In this document: positions 35,768 to 46,561 of the stretch, piece by piece
Layout of the letters: each line of letters opens with the position of its first letter
How positions within the stretch are numbered: position 1 is the stretch's first letter
IMG/VR virus record: IMGVR_UViG_3300010157_000040
Span: 1 to 64,000 of that record
Direction: 5' to 3' (one strand)
DNA: 64,000 nucleotides
DNA from: a virus
The notes under the pieces: model-generated
The model's database searches: none
Told to the model about the DNA's origin: nothing
The model's input: only the letters and a program-made list of their open reading frames with translations
Translations under genes and position numbers: made by a program

Positions 35768-35995
35768 ATGAAAAAAATAGCAACAAAAAGTAAAAAATCT
35801 GGTGGTGTAGTAGTTAACGTTAATTCAAAAGTTAAGAATGATGTTTCTCCTAGTACTAAAGGTGTAGTATCTAAAGTTAATCCAAAAGTTACTGCAGATA
35901 AAAGTGCTAAAAAATATATAGGTGGAATTACTAAAGCTCCAAAATCAGCAATACCAAAAGCAAAGTTTGGTGGTATGAAAAAAGGAAATTGTTAA
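35768..35995 (+). CDS. Lys-rich basic protein
   Basis: KKSGG, AKFGGMKK. Confidence 0.65.
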   Translation: MKKIATKSKKSGGVVVNVNSKVKNDVSPSTKGVVSKVNPKVTADKSAKKYIGGITKAPKSAIPKAKFGGMKKGNC

Positions 35996-36003
35996 TATAA
36001 TTG

Positions 36004-36033
36004 ATCTAGGTATGTAAAAATACCTAGATTTTT
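36004..36033 (+). terminator. intrinsic terminator
   Basis: ATCTAGGTAT-GTAAAA-ATACCTAGAT plus TTTT. Confidence 0.7.
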
Positions 36034-36045
36034 AAATTTTTTATT

Positions 36046-36279
36046 ATGGCAATCAAGAAAACTACAACAGTTAAAAAAACACCTGTTAAGAAAACATCAT
36101 CTATTGGTATATCACTTATGGGTAGTAATAAAGCTGACATGAGAAAGTGGGAAATAGAATCTGCATTAAGTACATTAAAAAGAGCAGATGAAATTAGAAA
36201 GAACACTAAGATGATGGCAGATGTTAAAAAACTTGCTCAAGAACAAGTTAATGTATTAAGTTCATTTACTAAGAAATAA
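36046..36279 (+). CDS. basic protein
   Basis: H1-like KKTTTVKKTPVKK N-terminus plus helical KWEIESALSTLKRADEIR. Confidence 0.7.
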   Translation: MAIKKTTTVKKTPVKKTSSIGISLMGSNKADMRKWEIESALSTLKRADEIRKNTKMMADVKKLAQEQVNVLSSFTKK

Positions 36280-36284
36280 GGATA

Positions 36285-36689
36285 ATGAGAATTTCAAATA
36301 AAAAAGTTTTAAGTGCAGCAACTGTTTTTAGTAACAATAACCGTGATGCATATAAGAAAGCTGGTGGTGAAATGAAAAAATTTAAAACTTCATTAGTAAA
36401 AGCACAGAAGGGTGGTTCAAAAGAAGATCGTGTACCTAATATGGGATATTTTCCAGATTTAATTACACCCATTAAAAAAGGTATGGATGATGCATATAAT
36501 AAAGTAAAAAATGCAGCAAAAGATCCTGTAAGAATTTTAAAAGATACTGGTTCATATATTAAAAAATCTGCAGAAGATGCTGGTTTATACGGTAGTGCAT
36601 TTAAAAAAGTACAAAAAGATATGGATGCTAAAGTAAATAAGAAAATTATTACTGGTATCAAGAAACAAGTTAAAGCAAAAAAATCTTAA
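36285..36689 (+). CDS. Lys-rich basic protein with xxGG motifs
   Basis: YKKAGG, LVKAQKGG. Confidence 0.65.
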   Translation: MRISNKKVLSAATVFSNNNRDAYKKAGGEMKKFKTSLVKAQKGGSKEDRVPNMGYFPDLITPIKKGMDDAYNKVKNAAKDPVRILKDTGSYIKKSAEDAGLYGSAFKKVQKDMDAKVNKKIITGIKKQVKAKKS

Positions 36690-36699
36690 AATTTTTAAA

Positions 36700-37518
36700 A
36701 TGAAAAAAGTTAGTACAGTAAAAAAAATGCAAAATGGTGGATCTACAAAATCTCCAGTTAAACCTAACGTTTCTACATCTACAACATCTCCTTCAAAAAT
36801 TAAAGGTCAAGCTTTAAAACTGTGGGGTGATGAAAAAGCAATTAAAGGTGCTATGTTAAAAGATGCTGCTGAAAAATCTAAGAGTCAATCTTTAGGATTA
36901 AAAACACCAGGTACTTTTGGTGATCATACAGTTACAAAAATGCAAATTGTTAAAGGTTCTAATAATAGTGTTGCAGGTAAATCTGGAGCTCAATTAAATG
37001 CAGAAGGTTTAGCAAAGAAAAAACTTGGTGATGCACAAAAAGCAGCAGGTGAAAAATTAAAAGAAATAGGTGATGCTAAAAAAATGGCTGGTAATAAAAT
37101 GAAATATAGCAATACTGTTTTGCGCAAAACTGGTGGTATGGTTAAAAAAATGCAGAAAGGTGGTGCTAAAGAATCTCCATTAGCAAGACAAGAAAGAATT
37201 GCAGAAGAATTTAAACCAGCACCAATGGCAAAAAGTTTGCGTACTGGTCCTGTTAATACTGTTTACTATAGAACACCAGAAGGTGCATATGATCTTACAC
37301 CACCAAAAAATAAAAATAATGTATTTGAAAAAACTTCAAAGACACTTTCAAAAAAGTTAGCAGCTGGTGCAAAACCAAAAAGTAAATTTGGTGGTCCGGT
37401 AAATGTACAACCTGGAAAGATAGGTAAAATTAGATCATCTAATGACCAAGGATATACTGCTATTGGTAAAAGAGAACCTGCTAGAATTATTAAAAAAACA
37501 ATTACTAAAAAGAAATAG
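36700..37518 (+). CDS. Lys-rich basic protein with xxGG motifs
   Basis: KKMQNGG, RKTGG, KKMQKGG, SKFGG. Confidence 0.7.
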   Translation: MKKVSTVKKMQNGGSTKSPVKPNVSTSTTSPSKIKGQALKLWGDEKAIKGAMLKDAAEKSKSQSLGLKTPGTFGDHTVTKMQIVKGSNNSVAGKSGAQLNAEGLAKKKLGDAQKAAGEKLKEIGDAKKMAGNKMKYSNTVLRKTGGMVKKMQKGGAKESPLARQERIAEEFKPAPMAKSLRTGPVNTVYYRTPEGAYDLTPPKNKNNVFEKTSKTLSKKLAAGAKPKSKFGGPVNVQPGKIGKIRSSNDQGYTAIGKREPARIIKKTITKKK

Positions 37519-37520
37519 TT

Positions 37521-37847
37521 ATGAAAAAATGTATGAGTTGTGGAGGTACCACAAAGAAAATGGCTAAAGGTGGTTCTACTTTATCTGGTTCTGCAATGGC
37601 AAAACAACCTGGACAATTTTATGGTATTCCTCAAAGTGGAATGACAGGACCTAACAAAAATTCTGTTACAGAAACTATGAAGAAAGGTGGTAGTGTTAAA
37701 CATCCTGGATTTAAAGCAGTTGCATCTAAGATTGCTTCAAAACAAGGTATTAGTAAAAATGCTGCATCTGCAATATTAGCAGCATCTACTAGAAAAGCAA
37801 GTGTAAAAGCAAAAATTGCAAATCCACGTTTGAAAAGAGTTAAGTAA
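37521..37847 (+). CDS. Lys-rich basic protein with xxGG motifs
   Basis: KKMAKGG, MKKGG; HPGFKAVASKIA...AILAASTRKAS...NPRLKRVK. Confidence 0.7.
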   Translation: MKKCMSCGGTTKKMAKGGSTLSGSAMAKQPGQFYGIPQSGMTGPNKNSVTETMKKGGSVKHPGFKAVASKIASKQGISKNAASAILAASTRKASVKAKIANPRLKRVK

Positions 37848-37853
37848 AAACTT

Positions 37854-38051
37854 ATGTTAACACCAAAACAAAAGTTAAAAGAAAAAGTTACATATGCAAA
37901 AGCTATGGTAAAAGGTTATGTAAAAACATTAAAACCATTATCAAAAGAAAGTAAAGCTGCACGTACTGCAAACAATGATTATAAAAAATCCATTGATACA
38001 GAATTTGGTTTACAAAGAAAAGGTGGAACAATAAAATCTAAAAAAAAATAA
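37854..38051 (+). CDS. Lys-rich basic protein
   Basis: QRKGGTIKSKKK. Confidence 0.6.
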   Translation: MLTPKQKLKEKVTYAKAMVKGYVKTLKPLSKESKAARTANNDYKKSIDTEFGLQRKGGTIKSKKK

Positions 38052-38054
38052 CAA

Positions 38055-38753
38055 ATGCAAAATAGTACCATTACTATTAAAATCAAACAAAGAATCAACA
38101 AATTAGATTCTAATGATTATGACAACATTGAATGTTGGCAAATAGTTGAGGTATTTAATAAAGCACAAGTAGAATGGGCACGTAGACAGTTACATGGTAT
38201 TAACCTAGTAAAAGAAGGTGATGAACAATCTACTAGAAGAAAAGATGATCTACAAGTTTTAATGAATAGTTATACAATGCCAATTGCAGATGTAGAGTAC
38301 TACTATGAGTGTACTATGCCTACTGATTACTTACAATGGAAAAGAGTAGATGTATTTGCAAAAAAAGATTGTTGTGAGAATAGAAGAATGACAGTTTATT
38401 TTGCAGAAGAAGGTAATGTAAATTTACTTTTAAGAGACAAACAAAAACAACCTAATTTTGAATGGGCAGAAACATTTGCTACTTTAAAAGGTAATCATGT
38501 AAATGTTTATACAAATAAAGATTTTGAAATAAATCAAACTACTTTAATATACTACAGACAACCTGTAAAGATTCAGATTAAGGGTTGTGTAGATCCTTAT
38601 ACAGGAGTTGAATCATTAGTAAATGTAAATTGTGAATTTAAAGATGATGTTGTAGAAGTAATAATAGATGAGGCAGTAAGTATACTTGCCGGAGATATTG
38701 AATCTGGAAATCAGTTCTCAAGAGGTACAGAAACAGCAGAACGTAATAATTAA
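38055..38753 (+). CDS. tail ring/adaptor (tubular) protein
   Basis: FNKAQ...YYRQP...CEF...EVIIDEAV pattern of crAss-like ring proteins. Confidence 0.65.
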   Translation: MQNSTITIKIKQRINKLDSNDYDNIECWQIVEVFNKAQVEWARRQLHGINLVKEGDEQSTRRKDDLQVLMNSYTMPIADVEYYYECTMPTDYLQWKRVDVFAKKDCCENRRMTVYFAEEGNVNLLLRDKQKQPNFEWAETFATLKGNHVNVYTNKDFEINQTTLIYYRQPVKIQIKGCVDPYTGVESLVNVNCEFKDDVVEVIIDEAVSILAGDIESGNQFSRGTETAERNN

Positions 38754-38764
38754 TAAAAGAAATA

Positions 38765-39214
38765 ATGGAAAAACCTAGAATGTTAAAAAGAGATACAACA
38801 ACAAGTACTCCAGAAAAAGGATATATTGGTGGATCACTAGAACAAATTACTGCATCATGTGTATCTGAATTGATGAATGGAGCAACAAGTATTCATAAGT
38901 TACATCTTAAAGTAACAGGACCTGGATCATTTGCAGCACACAAAGCTCTTAATGAATTATATGATGCTTTACCTGATCATGCAGATGCATTAGCAGAAGG
39001 ATTTCAAGGAGCAGCAGAAGTACTTTTAAAATATAATGATGTTGCACCTAAAACATTAAATACTGTTGAAGATGGACTTGGTTATATTAGAATGCTAGTT
39101 GAAATGGTAGATAGTTTACAATCTAAAATGCCATACTCAGAAATAGTAAATGAACTTGACACAGTTAAGTCTACATTAAACTCAGCTAAATATAAATTAA
39201 AGTTCTTGAAATAA
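38765..39214 (+). CDS. ferritin/Dps-like protein
   Basis: HKLHL..TGPGSFAAHKALNELYD....ADALAE...G; ends KYKLKFLK. Confidence 0.8.
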   Translation: MEKPRMLKRDTTTSTPEKGYIGGSLEQITASCVSELMNGATSIHKLHLKVTGPGSFAAHKALNELYDALPDHADALAEGFQGAAEVLLKYNDVAPKTLNTVEDGLGYIRMLVEMVDSLQSKMPYSEIVNELDTVKSTLNSAKYKLKFLK

Positions 39215-39280
39215 TTTTGTTATATCAAAAACTTTTACTATATTATAGTATATTATATTATTAACTAAAAACAAAACAAA

Positions 39281-40930
39281 ATGGCTTATTTTAATCATGC
39301 TTTTAAGAAAGCATTTCTTGCCACAGGCGGGACACAAATTAATACAGTAATTACATATCCTAATGCTAGTACTACAACAGCTACTACATCTGAAGGTTAT
39401 TTAACTACTCAAGGTTTACCAACTTATGCACTTAACCAGTTATCTGCAAATGCTGCATCTGCAACTACTGATGGTTATATTGGATGGTTTAACCCAAAAT
39501 CAAATTTATCTGTTGATATCAATGGTGAAGGATTTGCACCTTGTTGTAATTTATATCTTGCTGGTTCAGCAATTTATTCTAATGACAAGATTGGTCCTTT
39601 AACAGGTGGTTACCAAGAGACTAACAAGTCTAAAATGGTTAACCCTAAGTATGTATCTAGATTTTATTCAGTAGCACCATGTGCTCCACAAAACAATGTA
39701 ATCCATATTGGTTCAACATATTGGACTGCAGGTGGTGGTGCTTTAACTGAAACTATTCTTGTTAATGGTTCAGGTTATGCTCTTACAGGTGTTACTACTG
39801 TAACTGGTGGTACAGGTGAAGGATTAGTTGTTTCTTTTACTGCTGATGGTGGTGGAAACATTCTAACAGCTACAATTATTAATCCAGGAAAAGGATATAC
39901 TGCTGGTGATGTAGTAACTTTAGTTGGTGGTGGTAATGATGCTACATTAACTATTAATACAGTAACTGATGCTCATGCTCAAGTAGGATGTGGTATTTCT
40001 CCAGAATGTTGTAAAGAATTTTATTGTGGTGAGACTTATTCTTTACGTTTAGATGTAAAAGGTTCTCCTGCATTAAGATTTTTAAATCACAATGCATATT
40101 CAACACAAGATGCTTATACAGGATGTTGTCCAGATGGATCAATTGCTCCAGTTGCAGTTGACTCAACTACAGTAATGATTTTATGGGCAAATGGTTTAAC
40201 TACCAATCCAATTGTTGGTCCTTTTGTACAAATTGTTGTGCAAGCTGAAGACGGAACATTATGGTATGCTCCAGGAACATCTGCTACTTGGTTAGCTGCT
40301 AATGGTGCTGATACTTGGAATAATTATGTATCTCCAGGACACGTAGAAGGTGCATGTGCAGGTTTAATCTTAAATGGTGCTTATGTAGATACTAAGTTTG
40401 GAGATTGTACATTCCAACTTTCTGATTTCTATGAAAAAGAGCCAGTAAGATTATATGCTTCTGAAGTAGATTATAATGGTGACCCATGTACATTTACTAC
40501 TCTTTGTGTAGTAACAGAATGTCAAGGTCTTCAAGTTCAAGGTTTAGGAGAAACAGTAGTAAGAGAATTGACTATGTCAGAATCTTACAGACAAAACTTC
40601 TTAGCAACTGACTTTAGGATCCGTGAGATTACTCAAGGAAACCAAATTATTAGTTCAGTTGATAGAAGTCAATTATACTACAGATATATTTTACAACACA
40701 ATGTTCCAAGAAATTATAATCCTTCTGGTACATTTGATGCTGATCAATACTTGTTAGAAGTATTCTCTATAGCACCTCTTACTACATTTTCTAATGATAC
40801 TGCTGGATGGTTAGATTCTTGTGGTGTTTGTGAGATTGATCAATACTCTTGTGATACAGTATGTGATGTTCCAGTGAACTTCCCAGCTGTACCTAAGTAC
40901 AATCCTTACAATGTAGTTTCTTGTTACTAA
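39281..40930 (+). CDS. major structural protein (auxiliary capsid or tail-associated)
   Basis: 549 aa with its own promoter-like motif and terminator; inserted GSGY...GGTG.G...NPGKGYTAGDVVT domain; Cys clusters. Confidence 0.6.
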   Translation: MAYFNHAFKKAFLATGGTQINTVITYPNASTTTATTSEGYLTTQGLPTYALNQLSANAASATTDGYIGWFNPKSNLSVDINGEGFAPCCNLYLAGSAIYSNDKIGPLTGGYQETNKSKMVNPKYVSRFYSVAPCAPQNNVIHIGSTYWTAGGGALTETILVNGSGYALTGVTTVTGGTGEGLVVSFTADGGGNILTATIINPGKGYTAGDVVTLVGGGNDATLTINTVTDAHAQVGCGISPECCKEFYCGETYSLRLDVKGSPALRFLNHNAYSTQDAYTGCCPDGSIAPVAVDSTTVMILWANGLTTNPIVGPFVQIVVQAEDGTLWYAPGTSATWLAANGADTWNNYVSPGHVEGACAGLILNGAYVDTKFGDCTFQLSDFYEKEPVRLYASEVDYNGDPCTFTTLCVVTECQGLQVQGLGETVVRELTMSESYRQNFLATDFRIREITQGNQIISSVDRSQLYYRYILQHNVPRNYNPSGTFDADQYLLEVFSIAPLTTFSNDTAGWLDSCGVCEIDQYSCDTVCDVPVNFPAVPKYNPYNVVSCY

Positions 40931-40957
40931 TAGAATGTAATTAATTACTAACTAATA

Positions 40958-40996
40958 AAGGGGGAGAAGAGTTCTAAACTCCTCTCCCTTTTTTTA
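40958..40996 (+). terminator. intrinsic terminator
   Basis: AAAGGGGGAGAAGAGTT...AACTCCTCTCCCTTT plus T-run. Confidence 0.7.
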
Positions 40997-41010
40997 TTTA
41001 AAATATTATC

Positions 41011-41571
41011 ATGGCTAATCATGTTTTAAGTTTAGAAGTACCAACAGTAATGAATCCATGCATCTTAAAGATGTTTGATACAAGTGTGTATGCACTTAAT
41101 ATGCCTGTTACATGTCCAACATTAGATGTTACTGTTCCAGGTTTTGCATATTCAAATGAAATTACAGGGATAACAATGAGTAATTTTGTTACTTATGGTC
41201 AGTTAACTTTAACAGCATGTGATTTACAATTGCAAACAAGTAATTGTGGTACTCAATATTTAGAAATTCCTGATGGAATATATATAATTAAATATAGTGT
41301 ATCTCCTAATGAATTAGTTTATGTAGAATATAATCATTTAAGAATTAGTAAAGCATTAGTAAAATATAATAAGATCTTGTGTGATATAGATGCAGCAGCA
41401 TGTGATCCACCATTTAAGATCAAACAAAAACTTGAACAACTCGGATTAATTAATATGTATTTATTAGCAGCAAAATCTAAAGTAGAGACATGTCATGAAC
41501 CTCAGAAAGGAATGTCACTTTATAACTATGCATTAAAACTATTAAATAAATTTGAATGTTCTAATTGTTAA
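41011..41571 (+). CDS. putative tail structural protein
   Basis: FDTSVY...LDVTVPG...IPDGIYIIKYSVSP. Confidence 0.6.
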   Translation: MANHVLSLEVPTVMNPCILKMFDTSVYALNMPVTCPTLDVTVPGFAYSNEITGITMSNFVTYGQLTLTACDLQLQTSNCGTQYLEIPDGIYIIKYSVSPNELVYVEYNHLRISKALVKYNKILCDIDAAACDPPFKIKQKLEQLGLINMYLLAAKSKVETCHEPQKGMSLYNYALKLLNKFECSNC

Positions 41572-41590
41572 ACCTTTAAAACCAAAACCA

Positions 41591-41782
41591 ATGGCTCAAT
41601 GTTCAAATTGTAAAAAAAATCTTTCTTGTGGTTGTCAGAAAAGAACGGCAACAGATGGAAAGTCTGTGTGTACTAATTGTATTACAAATTATCAAGCACA
41701 ACAGTCAATGAAAAATCCAATAACTAAAGTAGCAGGTCAAACACCAACTACTCAACCTACTGGAGTAAATAAAATACAATAA
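41591..41782 (+). CDS. small Cys-rich Zn-finger-like protein (start MAQCSNC at 41591)
   Basis: CxxC...CGC...CxxC after an AAAACCA leader. Confidence 0.65.
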   Translation: MAQCSNCKKNLSCGCQKRTATDGKSVCTNCITNYQAQQSMKNPITKVAGQTPTTQPTGVNKIQ

Positions 41783-41798
41783 TAAAATAAAATAAATA

Positions 41799-43661
41799 AT
41801 GGCAGCTCCTACTACTTTTTTTTATGTATATACTCCATGTTGTGGAGCTGATCCAATTTATTTTAAACCTGGTGGACCTGGAATAGTTCCCGGAACTTAT
41901 GATAAAGTATTTATATATGAAGGAGCAATTGATGGACCTGGTTATGGTGGTTTATATATTGGTCAATGTTATGGTGTTACTATAGCTGAGTTAGGTACAT
42001 TACCATCTCCTGCTCCTCAAAATTCAACTGAGTATTCTTTTTTAAACATAGTACCTTCTCAAGGATATTCAAATTTATTTCCAATTAATGTTAACAGTCC
42101 AAGTTGTGTAGGATTAGAATGTCCCACTTGTCCTCAAGTTTGTTACTTATTAGTTAGTTGTGATTTTATAACTGTACCTTTTACTACTACTACAGATTTG
42201 TCAGCTTATGTAGGACAATCTATACAAGTATCTGCATCAGATATTGGAACAGTATGTGTTCAAGTTTTAATTGCTCCAGTAGAAGTTACATGTAATAATT
42301 CAATACCAGTAGTATATGTTGGTACTTGTGTATGTGACTGTATTTGTTATTCAGTTGTAGCAAGTGCAAAAAATTGTTTATATGTAAAGTGTGATGGAAC
42401 TTTAGGATGGACAGGATTACTTACAGGATTAGAAGTAAAGATATGTTCAAAATCATATCCTTATTTACAAGGTATTGTAATGCAAGATCCATTTTATATA
42501 ATTGACAATGGTCTTTGTGTAGATGGTTTATGTCCAGACTTATGTTTTAAATTAGTAGACTGTGATGGAATAGAAGATCCAATTTATACAACATCACAAT
42601 CATTAGGTATATATGCTATACTAAATACAACAATACATATTGAAGGATCTAAAACTTGTTGGTTAATTTCAGAAGAATTAGTATGTAATTGTTCAATCAA
42701 TGTAGTTGTAACACAAACATTTGTAGATTGTGCAAGTTGTAAAGAACCTGTTTCATATCAGTTAACTGAATGTACAACAGGTGAAATAGTTTATACAACA
42801 AGTAATTTATCATTATATGTTAATCAAGTAGTTGAAAGAACTGGATGTGCAGGATGTTGGTTAGTTGAACAATTAAATTTTATTCCACCAAGTGATATAA
42901 TTATTACAGTAACTCTTTCATATAAAGACTGTAAAACTTGTAATACAAATTTTTATCAATTAACAGATTGTAACGGTGTTGAACAATCAATTATTACATA
43001 TACAGATTTATCAGCATATGTTGCTCAAGTAATTACACTTGATTGGTGTCCAAGTATTTGTTGGAGAGTTAGTACAACTAATGAATGGTTAAATGCGGGT
43101 GTTGTATTTGTTAATCAAAACTTTACAACATGTGTAAGTTGTTTAACAAGTTTTCCTTGTATATGTAGTACAGTTACAAATCATGGTACAACAACTGAAG
43201 TATATGAATATACTAATTGTTCTGCTAACATTGAAACTTATACATTAGCACCTGGAGAAACCAGTCCTAAAACATGTTTAATAAAATGGAACACTACATT
43301 TGCTACAGATACGGTAACTTATTTTGGAGACTGTACATATTTTTCTGATGCTTATGATTGTCCTGCTCCTATTTATCCTAAGAGATATGTAACTCCTGGT
43401 TATAATACTCCAGCATGTTCAATTGAAAAATATGAAAAAATTTCTTGTAGAGCTGCAGAAGTTATGTATAAAAAAGTATTAGAACAAAGATATGGAATTA
43501 CAAACTGTTGTCCTGATGATGATCAAAAATGGTTAATTAAAAAACAATTAATTGATTTAGCAGCACTACTTGATCCAGATTATATTTGTGCAATAACTAC
43601 ATCATGTTGTAATGAAGCACCTAATTGTGGATGTTCACCATTAAAGACTTGTAATTCTTAA
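41799..43661 (+). CDS. Cys-rich repeat structural protein
   Basis: Repeats YQLTxCxG...YTxxxLSxYVxQV...CW...CxxC, related to 19255-21135. Confidence 0.7.
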   Translation: MAAPTTFFYVYTPCCGADPIYFKPGGPGIVPGTYDKVFIYEGAIDGPGYGGLYIGQCYGVTIAELGTLPSPAPQNSTEYSFLNIVPSQGYSNLFPINVNSPSCVGLECPTCPQVCYLLVSCDFITVPFTTTTDLSAYVGQSIQVSASDIGTVCVQVLIAPVEVTCNNSIPVVYVGTCVCDCICYSVVASAKNCLYVKCDGTLGWTGLLTGLEVKICSKSYPYLQGIVMQDPFYIIDNGLCVDGLCPDLCFKLVDCDGIEDPIYTTSQSLGIYAILNTTIHIEGSKTCWLISEELVCNCSINVVVTQTFVDCASCKEPVSYQLTECTTGEIVYTTSNLSLYVNQVVERTGCAGCWLVEQLNFIPPSDIIITVTLSYKDCKTCNTNFYQLTDCNGVEQSIITYTDLSAYVAQVITLDWCPSICWRVSTTNEWLNAGVVFVNQNFTTCVSCLTSFPCICSTVTNHGTTTEVYEYTNCSANIETYTLAPGETSPKTCLIKWNTTFATDTVTYFGDCTYFSDAYDCPAPIYPKRYVTPGYNTPACSIEKYEKISCRAAEVMYKKVLEQRYGITNCCPDDDQKWLIKKQLIDLAALLDPDYICAITTSCCNEAPNCGCSPLKTCNS

Positions 43662-43694
43662 TAAAATTTTGTATATTATATTAATAGTAAAAGT

Positions 43695-45359
43695 ATGAAA
43701 CCTTTAAATTTAGATAATTCTCCTTGTAGTCCAATGTCATCTAACTGTGTTATATGGCAAGGTCCAGATCTTCCATGTATTAAATTATGTGCAGGAGATA
43801 CAATTTCTGATGTTGTATTTAAATTAGCAACAGAACTTTGTGCAGTAATGGATACATTGAAAGTTACTAGTTATGATCTTGCTTGTTTTAATATAGTAAG
43901 TTGTCCACCAAGTACTTTTCAAGAACTTTTACAATTTTTGATTAGTCAAATTTGTGCTTTAAATACAAGTACTGGAACAGCAACTGTAACAACTACAGGT
44001 ACAACTAAATCTGCAGCAGATACATTAGTAACAGTAGCGGATTGTTTTGTAGTTGGAATAAATTCAGTAATGAGTTTAGTAGATTATACAAGAGCTGCAG
44101 GAGTTAAAATTTGTGGTATTATTCAAGAAATAAATATTATCAATGCTAGCATTGTTAATTTAAATATAAGAGTAACAACATTAGAAACAGCACCTGCACC
44201 AGTTTTTACATTACCTTCTATGGCAGTTAACTGTAACTTAAGTGGTACTGTTATAACTCCAGGATCATATCAAATTGATCTAGTATTAGATGCACTAGTA
44301 AATGATAGTACTTATGGGTATTGTGCACTTACTAGTGCAACCGGTTTACCTTCTGCTTTATATGCATCTGTAATTTCTCAATGTATTGCAGATACAAATC
44401 TTTCATTAGTATTCGGAACACAATTTTCTATAGCTTATTTTGGAACATGGGTAGCAACAGCAAACTTAAATACAGTAGCTGATGCTATTAATAATTTATG
44501 GATTGTACTATGTGACATTTATACTTATACAAGTACATTAAGTGTAGTAGGTGTAACTACTCCTTCAATTGATGTTTCTGTTTCTGCAGGTCCAGTATAT
44601 AGAATTACTGCTAAGATGGTAGATACTGGTTGGAATGATCTTGAAGGATTTGATTATTACACAGGTATTCAAAAACCACAAGCAAGAAGAATTGGTAATG
44701 TAGTACATTTTAGAGGTAGTGTATATATTCCATTAGATAATGGTGCAGGTACTGTAGTTAATATGATATCTACAGATGCATGTAGAACAGTAATACAATC
44801 AACACCTTTTACAGGAGCAGGTGGTATTACATATGATGCGTCTAATAATATAGTATTTAATAATGATTCTTCAGTTGTTCCTGTAACAATAATGGCAGCA
44901 CCTGAAAACTTTGATGATACATATGCAGTATCAACATACAATGCTACAAGACAACTTGAAATGGTAAATGGTATTGGTGTTGCTACAGCTTTTTTAAATG
45001 CATATGTTAATGTAGAAATGACATTTGATAAAAAGTTATCAGTAACAGCTTTACAAAATTTAGAAATAAATACATTAGACACAAATAGTTTACAAGGTTA
45101 TTCAGCACCTAGACTCACTACTAGTAATATAAGATTAGGAGACTTTGTTCCAGATTATAATGGTTCTGGTACATATATACATAATGCATCTGTAAACACA
45201 AATTATCCTTTAGTTTCTGATGCAACAAATGTTGTATGGCCTATTACTATAGATGGTGCAAATCAAAATGATTTAGGTGGGTTTATGTTTAAATTAGATG
45301 GTTTAATAACATACTTAGATGCTTGTACAATTGATGTACCAGTACAAGCATGTTTATAA
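43695..45359 (+). CDS. putative tail fibre/hub protein
   Basis: PCSPMSSNCVIWQGPDLPC N-terminal module, coiled segment, RRIGNVVHFRG fibre-tip-like motif. Confidence 0.6.
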   Translation: MKPLNLDNSPCSPMSSNCVIWQGPDLPCIKLCAGDTISDVVFKLATELCAVMDTLKVTSYDLACFNIVSCPPSTFQELLQFLISQICALNTSTGTATVTTTGTTKSAADTLVTVADCFVVGINSVMSLVDYTRAAGVKICGIIQEINIINASIVNLNIRVTTLETAPAPVFTLPSMAVNCNLSGTVITPGSYQIDLVLDALVNDSTYGYCALTSATGLPSALYASVISQCIADTNLSLVFGTQFSIAYFGTWVATANLNTVADAINNLWIVLCDIYTYTSTLSVVGVTTPSIDVSVSAGPVYRITAKMVDTGWNDLEGFDYYTGIQKPQARRIGNVVHFRGSVYIPLDNGAGTVVNMISTDACRTVIQSTPFTGAGGITYDASNNIVFNNDSSVVPVTIMAAPENFDDTYAVSTYNATRQLEMVNGIGVATAFLNAYVNVEMTFDKKLSVTALQNLEINTLDTNSLQGYSAPRLTTSNIRLGDFVPDYNGSGTYIHNASVNTNYPLVSDATNVVWPITIDGANQNDLGGFMFKLDGLITYLDACTIDVPVQACL

Positions 45360-45371
45360 AATATAAATAAA

Positions 45372-46433
45372 ATGGCAACAACAACATGTAAAAAATGTGG
45401 ATGTCAAGATGACTTCTTAACTTCACCACCTCCATGTCCTACTCCTGCAGGATGTCCTGATCCAGAACCATGTTCTGAAACATTTGACTCACAATGTATA
45501 ATATATACAGGTGCTCCAATTATGTGTGGTCTAGATACAGTAGTTCCTACTGATACAAACATAGAAGTAGCATTAGTTGATACAATTACATATTTATGTG
45601 CTAATGGTGGTGGTGGTGGTGCAACTGGTCCACAGGGACCTGCTGGAATTCAAGGAGTCCAGGGTGTAGCCGGTCCAGTTGGTCCTCAAGGAACTAGTGG
45701 TTCTGCAGGTGGTGCTGGCACAACAGGTGCTACTGGACCTCAAGGTATACAAGGTGTCGCAGGACCCGTTGGTCCAGCAGGATTAAATTGGCAAGGTTCA
45801 TGGTCTGCTACAGGAATTTATGTTTCTGATGATGCAGTAGGATTTAATGGTGCTTCATGGTTTTGTTTAAATGCTGTTGGTCCATCTGCAAGTAATCCAC
45901 TTAGTGATCCAACTAACTGGGCTCTGTTAGCATCAGAAGGTGCTGTAGGTCCAGCAGGACCAACAGGTGCATCTGGTATAGCTGGTGCTGCAGGAGCTAC
46001 AGGTCCACAAGGTCCTACAGGTTCAACAGGTAGTCAAGGAATACAAGGTATAACAGGACCAACAGGAGCTCAAGGTATTCAAGGAATTCAGGGAATACCT
46101 GGTCAAAATAATCCTGCTTATAAAGTATATACAGCTCTATTAACAAGAACTGGAGCAACTGCACCAAGTGCAGTTGTTTTAGAAAACACATTAGGCACAA
46201 TTACATTTAGTTATATAACTACAGGAGTTTATTATATAAATTCAACAAATTTATTTATTTATAATAAAACAGTAATTTTTATACAACAAGAGCCAAATGG
46301 TACAAATGGAAATGTTTTATCTGCTGGATTCTTAACCCCAAGTCTTATTCCTATAACTCAAAGTACTTTTGCTGGTACAAATGATGATGATTGGGGTTCC
46401 CCAGTATCAGTAGAGATAAGAGTATATAATTAA
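45372..46433 (+). CDS. collagen-like fibre protein
   Basis: Two Gly-X-Y tracts flanking LNWQGSW...Y..DDAV.FNG.SW; N-terminal CIIYTG module like 43695; C-terminal YTALL...VLENTLG...VEIRVYN. Confidence 0.85.
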   Translation: MATTTCKKCGCQDDFLTSPPPCPTPAGCPDPEPCSETFDSQCIIYTGAPIMCGLDTVVPTDTNIEVALVDTITYLCANGGGGGATGPQGPAGIQGVQGVAGPVGPQGTSGSAGGAGTTGATGPQGIQGVAGPVGPAGLNWQGSWSATGIYVSDDAVGFNGASWFCLNAVGPSASNPLSDPTNWALLASEGAVGPAGPTGASGIAGAAGATGPQGPTGSTGSQGIQGITGPTGAQGIQGIQGIPGQNNPAYKVYTALLTRTGATAPSAVVLENTLGTITFSYITTGVYYINSTNLFIYNKTVIFIQQEPNGTNGNVLSAGFLTPSLIPITQSTFAGTNDDDWGSPVSVEIRVYN

Positions 46434-46469
46434 AGAAGTTGCAGTTTGTTGGTTTCTGTAACAACAACG

Positions 46470-46505
46470 GCAAAGCCCTCACACTTGTGGGGGTTTTGTT
46501 TTTTT
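46470..46505 (+). terminator. intrinsic terminator
   Basis: CAAAGCCCTCAC-ACTT-GTGGGGGTTTTG plus T-run. Confidence 0.75.
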
Positions 46506-46561
46506 ATACTATATTTACATTTGTTAAAGTCAGTTATTTTTAGTATATTAATATATATAGT

